This document shows, piece after piece, positions 13,712 to 26,830 of a DNA stretch of 64,000 bases. The notes below the pieces were generated by a model, which was given only the letters and a program-made list of their open reading frames with translations, ran no database searches and was not told the DNA's origin. The position numbers and the translations under genes are program-made. Origin of the DNA: Eledone cirrhosa (taxonomy: Eukaryota); assembly GCA_964016885.1 (NCBI GenBank), contig OZ024757.1:40176001-40240000 (forward strand), in the 5' to 3' direction. Every line of letters starts with the position of its first letter. Position 1 is the first letter of the stretch.

Positions 13712-13745
<34 letters not shown>

Positions 13746-14240
13746 CAAACACACAATTATATATGAGGCTATATGTTCAAGAATAATCCAAATAACGTGA
13801 AAAAACATAATTCCAGCGTTCTTAATGATTAAGTAATGTAATTGTAGCCAAAGAAACTAAAACAAACAACAAGATACTGAAAATAGGAATGATAAGACGA
13901 TTTCTACAAGAGGAGGACATCTTTGACGATAAGGTAACGTTAAAACAAATCCTATAACAATAACAATAACAACAAAATCTATAAAAAAAAGACCTAATAA
14001 AATTATTTAAAAAATATATGAGAGAATAATGAGGGGGAGGGGAGGAAATGAATTAGATGGAAAATAAGAATAAGTTGTAAGAAGAGGAGAGGAAAAAAGA
14101 AAAAAAAAGTGAAACAGACGAAAGAAAGAGCAGAAAACGAGATAATGTTACATAGAAATGAATATATATATCCGTATATATAAACAAAATAGATATATAT
14201 ATATATAGTTAACTGTCAATTATAGCCACCATTTTTTATT

Positions 14241-14275
<35 letters not shown>

Positions 14276-14577
14276 CATACATACATATGTGTATTTATTT
14301 GCTTGGTTCTTGTTAGATAAGTTGTTGACTATCTCCCTCTGTAGCATATATTTATATATATATACGCACACACATCTATATATATATATATATGTATATA
14401 TGTGTATAACTACATATACGTGGATGAGATCCCTCTTGTATATAAGCCAATTGAATAACTGAACATTTTTCTATTATATATATATATATAAATAAGAAAT
14501 ATATAACTACTACGTAGCTAACTAGATATAGCTAGTTAAGTACTGATAGAATCCAGTAAAGAAGTGGTGTCGTGTTG

Positions 14578-15147
14578 ACAGTAATACACTGGGTAATTAT
14601 TGGCCTTGTGCCAAAAGTAGAAACATTTATTAAAAGCTCGTGGATTAGCAGTAATTGGTAGATCGTCGATAAAATAAAATACCAGTAATGCACTGTATTA
14701 ATTGCTGGCCTTGTGCCATACATAGAAACTATTATTATTATAATTATGATTGGCAGATCGGGAGAGGGTCGGACGCCATGCTTTGCAACAAAGTGTATTG
14801 GCCGCTATGGTCTGCGTTCAAATCCCGCCGAGGTTAACTTTGCCTTTTATCCTTATGGGGTCAATAAAATAAAGTACCAGTGATGTACTGAGGTCGATTT
14901 AATCGACTTTCCCCTCCACCCAAAATTGCTGGCCTTGTGTCTCAATCAGAAACCATTATTGGAATGGCAGTATTGGTTGCGTGTCGGGCGCCATGCTTTG
15001 CAGCATAGAGTTACGCCCCTTTATATCCTGAGTTCAAATCCCGCCGAGGTTAACTTTGTCTTTCATCCTTACGGGGTCGATAAAATACGGTACCAGTAAT
15101 GTACTGGGTAATTGCTGGCCTTATGCCAAAAGTAGAAACAATTATTT
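14578..15147 (+). mobile_element. Head-to-tail cluster of four SINE pieces (two partial, two near full length)
   Basis: Repeated core and tail motifs; the copy at 14749-14960 has the longer gaggtcgatttaatcgactttccc segment. Confidence 0.85.
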
Positions 15148-16002
15148 ACTAGGACCAAGATGGCCACTCCCGTGGTCTTGTCCCTGTAATTATTTCTTCA
15201 CATCTCAGCAGAGGATAGCTGGAAATAAATCAACAACTATGCGCCATGTTGGAATTGTTGAACATAAAAACAGGAGTGATGAAAAACAGCAAATCTTAAT
15301 CAGAGAGGTATTATAGTATTGTAGACAATGGCAACGGTGATGACGTCTATTGGAATAACGATGGTGATGATGCTGATGTTGATCGTGATGATGATTGTGG
15401 TGATGATGATGACGAGGAGGAGGACTGATGGTTATGATGATGAGGATGATGATAATTTTCCGAAGGAAAGCAGATATAGAAAGGCTATGATGATGATTTA
15501 GAGGAGAAGGCGAGAGAGAGAGAGAATGATCGTTATAATAATGGTGGAGGTGGTGGTGATGAAGAAAAAGGCGATGATGATGGTTTAGAGGAGAAGGCGA
15601 GAGAGAGAGAGAGAGAATTATCGTTATAATGATGGTGAAGGTGGTGGTGATGAAGAGAAAGGCGATGATGATGATTTTGTGAGAAAGGACAGACCTATTT
15701 ATCATGGTTAAGAAGGCAGCAATGTCTATAAAAAAGCGAGACCCTACTCCAACTCATCTGTTATTAATACTGGAGACGTTGCTAACAAAGGCAGCTATGG
15801 CGTGAATGTTTCAATGATAACTATAACTAGATTCATTATAAAAGACCAATCCTAGATTTCGTTTCCGTTTCTTTCTCTTCTGTTGTTGATTTCATAACTG
15901 GGTTGTATAAAAAAAGGATGATGGAGAGTTGATATTGACCCCACATCTCGCTTTACCGCTAATGAAGCTACAATTTAGAAACACTATGACAACAACCATA
16001 AT

Positions 16003-16615
16003 ACGCCATATTGTGCCTCGATCAGAAACCATTATTATTATCCCGCCTAGGTTAACTTTGCCTTTCATCCATACGGGGTCGAAAGAATAAAGTACCAGTA
16101 ATGCACTGGGATAATTGCTGGCCTTGTGCCAAAAGTAGAAACAATTATTATTATTATTATTATTATTATCATTATCAAGGGCGGTGGATTGGCAATATCG
16201 GTAGAGGGTCGGACGCCATGCTTTGACGCAAAGCGTTACGGCCCTTTCCATTCCGAGTTCAAATCCCGCCGAGGTTAACTTTGCCTTTCATCCTTACGGG
16301 GTCGATAAAATAAAGTACCAGTAATTCACTGATTAATTGCTGGCCTTGTGCCAATAGTAGAAACAATTATTATTATCATTATAATTAAGGAGGTGGATTG
16401 GCAGTATCTTTAGAGCGTAGGACAAAAGGATTTGCAGCAGTTATTTAAGACCCTGTAAGTTCTGAATTTAAATACTACCGAGCTTAGCGTTGCCTTTCAT
16501 CCTTATGGGGACGATAAAATAAAGCACCAGTTACACACTGAGGTCGATTTAATCAATTTCCCCCTCCTCTAAAATTGCTGGTCTTGTGCCTAAATCAGAA
16601 ACGATAATTATTATT
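16003..16615 (+). mobile_element. Head-to-tail cluster of SINE copies joined by (ATT)n tails
   Basis: Copies at about 16040-16150, 16178-16370 and 16388-16615. Confidence 0.85.
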
Positions 16616-17661
16616 AACATTGTTATTTTTATTGTGCATCATTACTGCTTTACCGAGCACAGCTCTGTGCGCCTTGGGTATGTGCAGTGTAGTTTTTACT
16701 TATGTTGCTTCTATTGTATTGATAGTAGGAGGATGAGGTGAATAGAAGAGGTGAAGGAGGGAAATTGATGAAGATGTTGATAAAGATTATGAAGAGGGTG
16801 ATGAAAATATAAAAAAATGAGGGAGTGAAAGAGGAAGAGAGAGATAAATGATGACAACGACGACGTTGATTATGAAGGCGATGATGAGAATATAAAAATG
16901 AGTAGCAAGAGGAAAAAGAGGTGAAGAGAGAAGGAAGAAGAAGAGGGGAGGGGAAATCGTGAATTATACCTTAACTAATTAACAAGTTAATTGTGATTAC
17001 CATCCTTGATGTTTTATATTACAAATAATTCCTATCATTAGTAAAATTCTATAAGTATTGATTAAATTATTACAGGTTTATTCACATATTTACTTTAAAG
17101 TTCAGACCACAGAATTACAATCATTTGTAATCGAATTGTTTTTCTAAAAAATCTCGCCATTTTGTTTCGTGTTTTAGTTTCGGTACACCATATTTTGTTT
17201 CATTGTTTTGTGTGTTTTTTTTTGTTACTATTTTTCCTTTCTAAAACATAATTACAGGGTAGACTTATTTCAGGGGAAGATAGTTAGTTAGTTGCTGGCA
17301 TGCTTCACAATCTGTTAGATTACTAAATTACTAAGGTGAAATTTTAAATGAACAATGACAAGGTAAAATATTGTATTGTACTGCAGGGAGGAACAAAAAA
17401 ATGTTGCAATAGTTTCAAAGTTTTTGTTGTTCTTTTTTTGCTTTTTAAAAAAAATGTTATTTTAATAAACAATAAAAAAAGTGAGTTTTTGAATTGTACA
17501 GGTGGAATATCTAGAATTGTAAATAGTGAAAAATAATTGGAAACTCGTGCAGAATCAGCGGATATTTGATTGACAGAAGTCTTGGATCCAGAATGGCATT
17601 CAGTTTAGGGTAGTTGTTGAAGGTGGGTACACTAGTTGGGGCAATACCAGTCTTATATGCG

Positions 17662-17715
<54 letters not shown>

Positions 17716-17718
<3 letters not shown>

Positions 17719-18200
17719 AACCTGATCTCACCGCTAGCATCTGTCCATGACGGGGTGGTAGTAGAAATATACACTAAACTTACGGCCCCTGATCAGACCG
17801 ACAAGACAAGATTAAATAGATTCCTCACTTGAAGCCGACCACCCGGACTGGCAACTGCTAATTTTTGGCTGCCTTCTCGTCTTCGACATCTCTCTCTGCT
17901 TTTCAGCTCCTTGGATTGTGTCTATTATATTCCTTTGTTGGATAAATTTCGGAACACCTGATGATGTCACTGGATTCATGCTGAACCGGCCATTGAAATG
18001 TTCATAGTATAATAAACCTTTGAGGAATTACACCAGTCCAGCCTCCTGCTATTTTATAATAATTAACTCCGTACTTGCACCACCAACAACACAAACGAAG
18101 ACGGGTGAGTTGCATTACGTCAAGTGCTCTCCCTAATATCACATCAAGCTTGACTATATGGAATGACCAGTTCTATCCAGTGGTGTACCAACAAACCTAA
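17716..18200 (+). mobile_element. Penelope-like fragment containing a hammerhead motif at 17954-18010
   Basis: acac CTGATGA tg...catt GAAA tgttca TA gtat, followed by AATAAA at 18011; flanked by microsatellites. Confidence 0.55.
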
Positions 18201-18201
18201 A

Positions 18202-18232
<31 letters not shown>

Positions 18233-18236
<4 letters not shown>

Positions 18237-18775
18237 GAACAAAATTAGTCCTTCATCAGTGATCTTCCAGCCTTCATTGGTATTTCATATCTTTAAAGAT
18301 CATATACCTCTGGTTGGTGCGAGCAACGGCTAAAGAAAGTCGTTGGGACACGTTAAATAGGGTGAAACGAGCGAGACATGTAAACAAACAAAGATGGTAA
18401 TGCAACCAAATGTGAAGAAAAGAGGGGGATTCAAGTCCTTGAAATCGATGAACATAAGGTTTGTGAAATCGTAGACGAGAGATAAAGACCATCCAACCTG
18501 GGTGAAATGTGAGCGAGAAAAGGATTTCACACAGGTCAAACGGGAGGAAGTGATGGAGAGGGAGTAGCAGAGGTAAGGGAGTAAAAGTGTGAAGAAGAGG
18601 CTAACTGAGAGAGTGACAGGCAGTGGGGGTAAAAAGAAAGTGAAAGATAAAGAGAAAGGGGAAGCAGTAAGAAAGAAACAGACGGGTCACAGCGGAGGAA
18701 AATATATAAATATATGAAAAAATGGCGTGCTGCGTGGTTGCAAATGGGTTACATATGAATAAAATTAATCCTTCA
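18233..18775 (-). mobile_element. 520-bp-period element with short direct terminal repeats and a partial hammerhead core
   Basis: atatgaa(c/t)aaaatta(g/a)tccttca at 18233-18255 and 18753-18775; minus strand reads CTGATGAAGG at the left repeat; (TA)n on both sides. Confidence 0.55.
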
Positions 18776-19250
18776 ATATATATATATATATATTCTATTT
18801 AATACTTGGAATGTAAAATTATCTAATTCAACCCTAAATATAACGGTTTTAATAAGAAAAAGCACTAACGCTGATGAAAATTTGAAATGTTGCCAGTGAG
18901 CAAAATATGGTAAATATAAGAACTTAGTATATGTTACTGTATGTAGAATACCAGAGTAAAGCATTCTACCTAACTCCACAGAGATACAACGACGTTAAAT
19001 CGAAGAAAAGATATATTTCTTAAAGTCACATTAAATTCATATCAGAAAAAGGGTATATCAACAACACGTATTTCTAGAATCATTGTAATGGACTATACTA
19101 CAGGGAATACCATATAGACAACGTGACTTCAGAACGGTTGTAAGGTCCAGTTTTTAGTGTACAATTAATTATGGAATGGTAATTCTAGTGTCACCGTAAT
19201 ATATATGATCATATCCAGTTTCATGGATATATAAAATGTCATCAGCAAAT

Positions 19251-19286
<36 letters not shown>

Positions 19287-19619
19287 TATATATACACACA
19301 CACACATATATATATACATACGCACATATATATATACATACGCACATATATATATACATACACACATATATATACATACACACACACATATATATATACA
19401 TACACACATATATATATATATATACATACACACACATATATATACATACACACACATATATATATACATACACACACACATACATATATGTATATACATA
19501 CACACACACATATATATATACATACACACACACATATATATATACATACACACACACATATATATATACATACACACACACATACATATATATATATATA
19601 CATACACACATATATATAA

Positions 19620-19652
<33 letters not shown>

Positions 19653-19829
19653 CATACACACATATATATAAATACACACACACATATATATATAATTATA
19701 TATATATATATACATACATATATATAAATACACACACACATATATATATAATTATATATATATATATATACATACATACATATATATAAATACACACACA
19801 CATATATATATAATTATATATATATATAT

Positions 19830-19860
<31 letters not shown>

Positions 19861-20088
19861 CACATATATACACATGTATATACATATATATATATATATA
19901 TGTGTATATAGCATGTATATATGTTCTACACCAGATGGTAGTAATGTCACGCCAGTGCCATATATATGTGCCAGCTTCACGGAATCTAATAACTTTTAAG
20001 CAACGAGACAGTTTAATAATGACTATATCTTCATAGAACTTCACATACATAGATGTGAGTGTATATATATATATATATATATATAGGG

Positions 20089-20127
<39 letters not shown>

Positions 20128-20276
20128 ACATATATACATATATATATATATGATACATACACATACGAAGCACACACATAAATACCCGTATATACAGAAA
20201 TATACACAAACACGCTCGTACATACATATTCAAACATACGGTCACAAATATATATATATACGCACATGTATGTATG

Positions 20277-20344
<68 letters not shown>

Positions 20345-20461
20345 AGTACACATGCATACATACACACTTAAACACACACATACACACACACACAAAGCGT
20401 GAACCTAATATACTAGCATTTATACTGCCTCTCTGTTTTTTGTTCCTGTCTAATATTTAAC

Positions 20462-20495
<34 letters not shown>

Positions 20496-20685
20496 CACAT
20501 ACATATATACTTCCATATATTCACAAACATACACACAAACACACATATGTATCTTTCTATGTATACATACATGACTCCTCATCAGTTAAACTTTCACAAG
20601 TCTTTAAAAGGTTTCGCGTTAATTTTATCATTCTAAAACGTTAACAGGAATACATTTCTCTTGTCTTGGCTTCTGATCTCTGACA

Positions 20686-20771
20686 CCAACAACACACCGT
20701 TCAGAAACCTCCCCAACAACACACCGTTCAGAAACCTCCCCAACAACACACCGTTCAGAAACCTCCCCAAC
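20686..20771. repeat. Perfect 27-bp tandem repeat, three copies
   Basis: ccaacaacacaccgttcagaaacctcc starts at 20686, 20713 and 20740. Confidence 0.95.
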
Positions 20772-21171
20772 GACTTTAAACCGTCTCTTAATTTTTTTTA
20801 ATATTTTCTTTTCGTTCCTTCTAGGTAAACATTTTCTTCGTTTCAGTTTGTAATGTAATGTGCCGGTTTTATATACTGCTCCAAATATATAAAGCGATTA
20901 GGTTTAGGAACACATAGTAGATATAAAAGTAAGAATGTGTTGAATACAAAGACGATAGATTAGTAGTCATTAGTTAGCAATATAAGAGAGGATGCAAAAA
21001 TGGAATAGAAAATGGTTTATATACGCATAGCTCTTAATACTTTCTATACACACAGAGACATATATATATATATATATAGATAAATTATATTATATTAAAT
21101 ATATACATATATTTAATGAACTTCTGATTTCATCATACAGCATGTATTCATTTTCTAATAACATTACAAGG

Positions 21172-21241
21172 GGTCCGACGAGCCGGGTAAGATCGATACA
21201 GATCGAACCTTGAACGGATCAGTGACGAAACGCGCGTCACC
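21172..21241 (+). ncRNA. Minimal type-I hammerhead motif (core CCGACGA, U4C) with extended stem II
   Basis: ggt CCGACGA g...c GAAA cgcgcg TC acc; palindromic stem III acgcgcgt; AATAAA follows; decayed homolog on the minus strand at 50313-50406. Confidence 0.65.
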
Positions 21242-21292
21242 AACAAATAAATGTAATGAAGGAGTAAGCAATCGTCCTTGTTATCTGTTCAC

Positions 21293-21326
<34 letters not shown>

Positions 21327-21632
21327 GTGAAAAGATAATAAGGACGATTGGTTACTCCTTATATATATATATACGTACATACATACATACATACATACAT
21401 ACATACATACATACATACATACATACATACATACATACATACATACATACATACATACATACATACATACACAGGGAGACACAATGCATTTCCAATCACA
21501 GTATGAATAAGAATTCGCTACATATATATGTATATAACGATTGATCGATAACACTAAATAGAATATTCTTCTGCTAACGGCATTATTATTTTCATCTAAT
21601 AAAATATACATATATGAACGTATATATATGAA

Positions 21633-21698
<66 letters not shown>

Positions 21699-22002
21699 AG
21701 TGTGTACACAAGAAAAATACTGCTATAGTCTTGTAAACAAATGTATTCGTGCATATAACGCACTATGTATACATAAATATACACATGGACGTGTGTGTGT
21801 GTATACTTAACTAATCGATATCGATAGACAACAGAACATGTCTGGTTCAATAACATATGTCACCTAATCAAATGTTTTCTATGTTCTTAAGATATCACAA
21901 TATTTCTATTGTGTCAGTGGTGAGCTATTCCATAATATTCCAGAATTGAATTCCTACAGATCAATGCAGATCATTTTTTCATTATATATATATATATATA
22001 TA

Positions 22003-22052
<50 letters not shown>

Positions 22053-22136
22053 ATATATATATATATATATAATTATTTTAAAAATTTATTACAAAAGCAT
22101 ATGAAATTGTAAGGAGGATTTATGTACACTCTGTAT

Positions 22137-22276
22137 AACAAAGAAGGCGTGGTAAGATACCAGGTGGGCCATAGTACATCAGAGTACTCAATACGTATGC
22201 TATTAGAGTGGGTAATAAGAAAAGAATCAGGACCCACATCGGCTGAGCTCCGCCGACGGGATACTGACTCTTTTCC

Positions 22277-22280
<4 letters not shown>
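22137..22280. mobile_element. Dispersed repeat end; same family at 29428-29555, 38769-38965 and 5060-5085
   Basis: aagaagg(c/t)gtggtaagataccaggtgg...agagtactc...ggac.c...cggctgagctc shared among copies. Confidence 0.7.
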
Positions 22281-22318
<38 letters not shown>

Positions 22319-22932
22319 AAAGTGTCAGTATATGTTTGTATGTGTGTGTATGTATGTATGTATAATAAAGATTTGCAAATTTTTAATTAAATCATTAACT
22401 GAAATTACGATCGTTCCGTTAGACTAACAAGAATATGCCTTTCTTTTTAGAATAACTCTTCAGAATCGATCAAATAAAAGTAAATTACGTTTTCTAGAAT
22501 TCCTGAGAAAACAAAAACTCATTAAACCTGTTATATATATGAGACAGACAGACAGACAGACAGAGAGAGATAGAGCTTCAGCCAGACAGTTCTCTAATAT
22601 ATAAATCTTAATCAGTACAATGGTAGGGAAAATGAGTAATTAACTACTCGCAATGAAATATTAATCAAGTTCTTTCTTCACTCCTTTATCTTTTGTTTCG
22701 TTTTCTTCACATTTTTACGAGGACTTGGTAATTGCTTCCTAATTATAATAATTCTTAACTTGTTATATTATTTTACCGAATTCATTATATTTATTTATTT
22801 ATTTTATTTTATTTTTATTTTCTTCATATTGGATACAGTGATTTAAAAAAAAGAAAAACGTTCACTTAAGTAAAGTCGATCATTACGTAAGCGTTACTAA
22901 TGCGTAGTAATAATAATAATACTAATAATAAT

Positions 22933-23213
22933 AATTGTTCCTACTTTTAGCACAAGGCCAGCTAATACCCAGTGCATTACTGGTACTTTATTTTATCGAC
23001 CCCGTAAGGATGAAAGGCAAAGTAATTGTTTCTACTTTTGGCACAAGGCCAGCAATTACTCAGTGCATTACTGGTACTTATTTCATCGACCCCGTAAGGA
23101 TGAAAGGCAAAGTTAACCTCGGCAGGACTAGAACTCAGAATGGTAAGGGCCGTAATTCTATGCGTCAAAGCATGGTGTCCGGCCCTCTACCGATACTGCC
23201 AATCCACCGCCCC
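22933..23213 (-). mobile_element. Young SINE (23023-23213) with a tandem duplicate of its 3' half (22933-23022)
   Basis: Reverse complement of the core and tail motifs, present twice. Confidence 0.9.
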
Positions 23214-23571
23214 TAATAATGATAATAATGATAATAGACCAGTGATAAAACAAAATTAGACTACACTTAACTGACAAACTAATTATCTACCTTTGAAATA
23301 CGATGAATATTCTATTAACTTACACAAACCTTAATTTTCTCAGTTAATAAATATTTTTTTATTTAATGAAAGTCTCTTTCGTTTACAAATTAAATCTCCG
23401 TAAATATCTACCTGTAGAATTATGTATTTACAGGTATCTCCATTTGTGTAATAATCAGTGTAAGGATTACGCAGGCATCCCGTCAGACACACAAACACAC
23501 GTATATATATATATATATATATTTAGAAACACGTCGTGTAGACGCGTTCTTGAGACTAGTAAAATGAGGTA

Positions 23572-23661
23572 TCCTCTTGATAAGTCGGCAGACCTCGCAG
23601 GGACTCTATATCTTTATGATATATTGTTTTTGTTTATGCCACGAAACTACGTAGTCGAGGA
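23572..23661 (+). ncRNA. Hammerhead ribozyme, copy 1 of the tandem pair; predicted cleavage after C23656
   Basis: tcctc TTGATAA gtcggca...tgccac GAAA ctacgtag TC gagga. Confidence 0.75.
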
Positions 23662-24156
23662 ATTTAGGAGCAGTTTAGGTATGATACATTTTATTACTAA
23701 TTATATTTAAATGTTTCTTCTCTCTTCATAATATATTTTTAACTCTGATACTGATTCAGTCTAGTTCAACTGAATTGGTCTTTCATTGAGCAACATCGGT
23801 GAAGTTGGCACCCTTAACTCATAGTTGGGTGCGGATGCATTCATGTATATATGTGTGTGTCCGCATGTATCTGTGTGTTTCTAAATATATTGTTAATAAC
23901 TCCCTCTGGTCGAGCAATCTTTGAAGTGTGGGGACAACTGGAAAGCTTCCATTACTCATACTTTTCGCCTTCTTCACCACCTCTTCTGCGGCCTCGATAT
24001 GAATACCCCCTCCGCCTCCGTGGTATTTTCTTCGTGGTTATAAGAGGCTTAGCTCTGTTTCTCGACCGTTATATCGCGTGACTATCTCCCCCTCCGCCTT
24101 TTGGGATTCTTTCTCACGTCGTGTAGACGCGTTCTTGAGACTAGTAAAATGAGGTA

Positions 24157-24246
24157 TCCTCTTGATAAGTCGGCAGACCTCGCAGGGACTCTATATCTTT
24201 ATGATATATTGTTTTTGTTCATGCCACGAAACTACGTAGTCGAGGA
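24157..24246 (+). ncRNA. Hammerhead ribozyme, copy 2 of the tandem pair; predicted cleavage after C24241
   Basis: Same architecture as copy 1. Confidence 0.75.
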
Positions 24247-24315
24247 ATTTAGGAGCAGTTTAGGTATGATACATTTTATTACTAATTATATCTAAATGTT
24301 TCTTCTCTCTTCATA

Positions 24316-24570
<255 letters not shown>

Positions 24571-24957
24571 TCTTTATATATATATATATAATCACTCTCT
24601 CTTGATATATATAATCACTCTCTCTCGATATATATATAGTGAGAGAGAGAGAGAATGTTTTGTGTATAAAACCATATATATAAAAACATAAGTATGTGTG
24701 GTATGTGGTATGAATGAGAAAGAGGGATAGAATATTTGTGTAACAATTTCTGTGTACGTAATAAATGATATTTATATATAGGTGAGTCAGATTTCTAGAA
24801 GATTTCAGAAAACATGATTAGTTGTTCATATTTCTATTTATATCCATCCATTCACGTGTGAGTCAGCGAGACTTCTTTGTCTTGTTTATTGCAAAGACCA
24901 ACGATTTCGAGTTCAAATAGAAACATGTCAATGGTAGCAGATAGACACCACACCAGC

Positions 24958-24995
<38 letters not shown>

Positions 24996-25117
24996 TATAT
25001 ACACATATACACACACATATCTCTCTCTCTTTATATATATACACACACATATATATATACACACACACACGCATATACACACATATATATACACACACAC
25101 ACATATATATACACACG

Positions 25118-25148
<31 letters not shown>

Positions 25149-25169
25149 ATATATACATATATATATACT

Positions 25170-25230
<61 letters not shown>

Positions 25231-25638
25231 TTACATATACGCGTGTGTGCTTGTGTGTGCCATTGTACGTGTGGCGTGTGTGTGTAGAGATGGAATCAGA
25301 TGAAATGAGAGTGGAGCAGATTGTTAGATAAGTGAAATAAAGAGAAGATAGATAGAAGTAGAGATAGAGAGAGAGTGAAATAGATAAAGAGAGAAAGAGA
25401 GAAAGAGAGAAAGAGAGAAAGATAGAAAGATAGAGATATATAAAGAAAACAAAAAGAGAGAGAGAGATAGAGGTGGTGTAGAAGGATGGTGGGGATGGAA
25501 TTTATTCATTTCTGTTGTGCAGAAAGTCTGGTAGTAGTTGTGCAGCTTTGAAAGTAAGACATAAATAAATATATCTGCTTATACAGTAACTCACGTCATA
25601 AAGGTGAAATTTTATATCTGTAGGACGTTTCTGAATTT

Positions 25639-25710
25639 ACTTACATCAACGCCGCCCGGTCAAAATAGAAGACAATGGTACTTACCTGCAAAAGAAGAAG
25701 AAAGAAAAAT
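25639..25710 (-). promoter_or_regulatory. Candidate recursive splice site (ratchet point) with a 41-nt RS-exon
   Basis: Minus strand tttttctttcttcttcttttgCAG|GTAAGT (junction 25686/25685); second donor GTAAGT at 25644-25639. Confidence 0.55.
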
Positions 25711-26481
25711 CGTTATTAATGTCATCATCATAATCATCAACATCATTAATATTATTATCATCATTATTATTTTTTTTTTACTATTATTTTTACTACTACT
25801 ATTATTATTATTATTATTATGACTGTTTTTATAACATTATTATTTATTGATAAAGATATAAAGTAACACTGTTTTGAATATATCCTTTAACAAAATGTCA
25901 CAATTTCAATATATATTTATAGTAACGCTAGGAAATATTTTCTCTTTAGTATTCATAACATAGATTGAGGGAGAAAAATACACAAAAAAAATTACAGCAA
26001 AAAAATGACAGAAAATTACTCTAGTATGTACGATATTATGTTTTCAACACTAGTAGTTTTGCCCCAAGCAAGAAAATATTCTCATTTTATTTATATTGTG
26101 AGCAGTGTGTTTATCAATTATTCATGACATCGAGAAAAAAAAAAAAAAAAAAAAGCGAGGGTTTTGCTTGTGCTTATGGAATAATCTTAAAGCAATAAAT
26201 TCTAAATTTATACATTGATGTTTTCGTTGTTGTTGCTAGTTATTGTTACTGTTGTTGGTTAAGCTTTGCATTAGTTTGTATGCTGTTACTATTTAGTATG
26301 GAACTTTGTGAGATTAGATAATATGATCTCAAGTCCATTGCTCGTTGACTTTATTTTGAAGTTTTATATTTCGTTTGGTGAATCAACACACGAATATAAC
26401 TTAATAGTTCTTTCGCTCTTGTCCTGTTGTCCCCCCCCCCCCCTGAATACAACTGTAGTTAATGGTACTACAAACAAGGAA

Positions 26482-26830
26482 GACGGCGAATTGACAGAAT
26501 CATTAGAAGGTCCGATTGAATGTTTTAAGGTATTCATTCCGGTTCTCTGCTCTGAGTTCAAATCCCACCGAGGTCAACTTTGCCTTTCATCCTTTCGAGG
26601 TCGATAAAATAAGTACCAGTCTATTACTGGGGTTGATTCATCCTCTATATCTCTTTCTCTTTTCCTCTCTCTAGAAGAAATCTGCTGTACTCAGACCTGG
26701 AGAGGGGTGGGCTCCACCAGGTCAGGCTTGGAGAGGGGTGGGCTCCACCAGGCTTAAAATGCCCAAGAAACGCCGTATGTCAACACAGTGCCCCTACGAC
26801 TCTATCGCGAGTTACGGGACCACAAACTAG
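26482..26830 (+). mobile_element. Older long SINE variant with an extended 3' module
   Basis: gagttcaaatcccaccgaggtcaactttgcctttcatcctttcgaggtcgataaaataagtaccag, then agaagaaatctgctgtactcagacctggagag. Confidence 0.8.

Larger units (their letters stand above)
23530..24315 (+). mobile_element. Non-coding element with ~200-bp direct terminal repeats, each containing a hammerhead (retrozyme-like or non-autonomous Penelope-like)
   Basis: Repeats 23530-23730 and 24115-24315 (offset 585, about 2 differences); unique ~385-bp interior with no recognisable ORF. Confidence 0.8.

Noticed and set aside
23366-24295. Duplicated ORFs ending ...EEFRSSLGMIHFITNYI
   Set aside because: By-product of the direct terminal repeats; no recognisable domain, and the solo copy lacks the start region.
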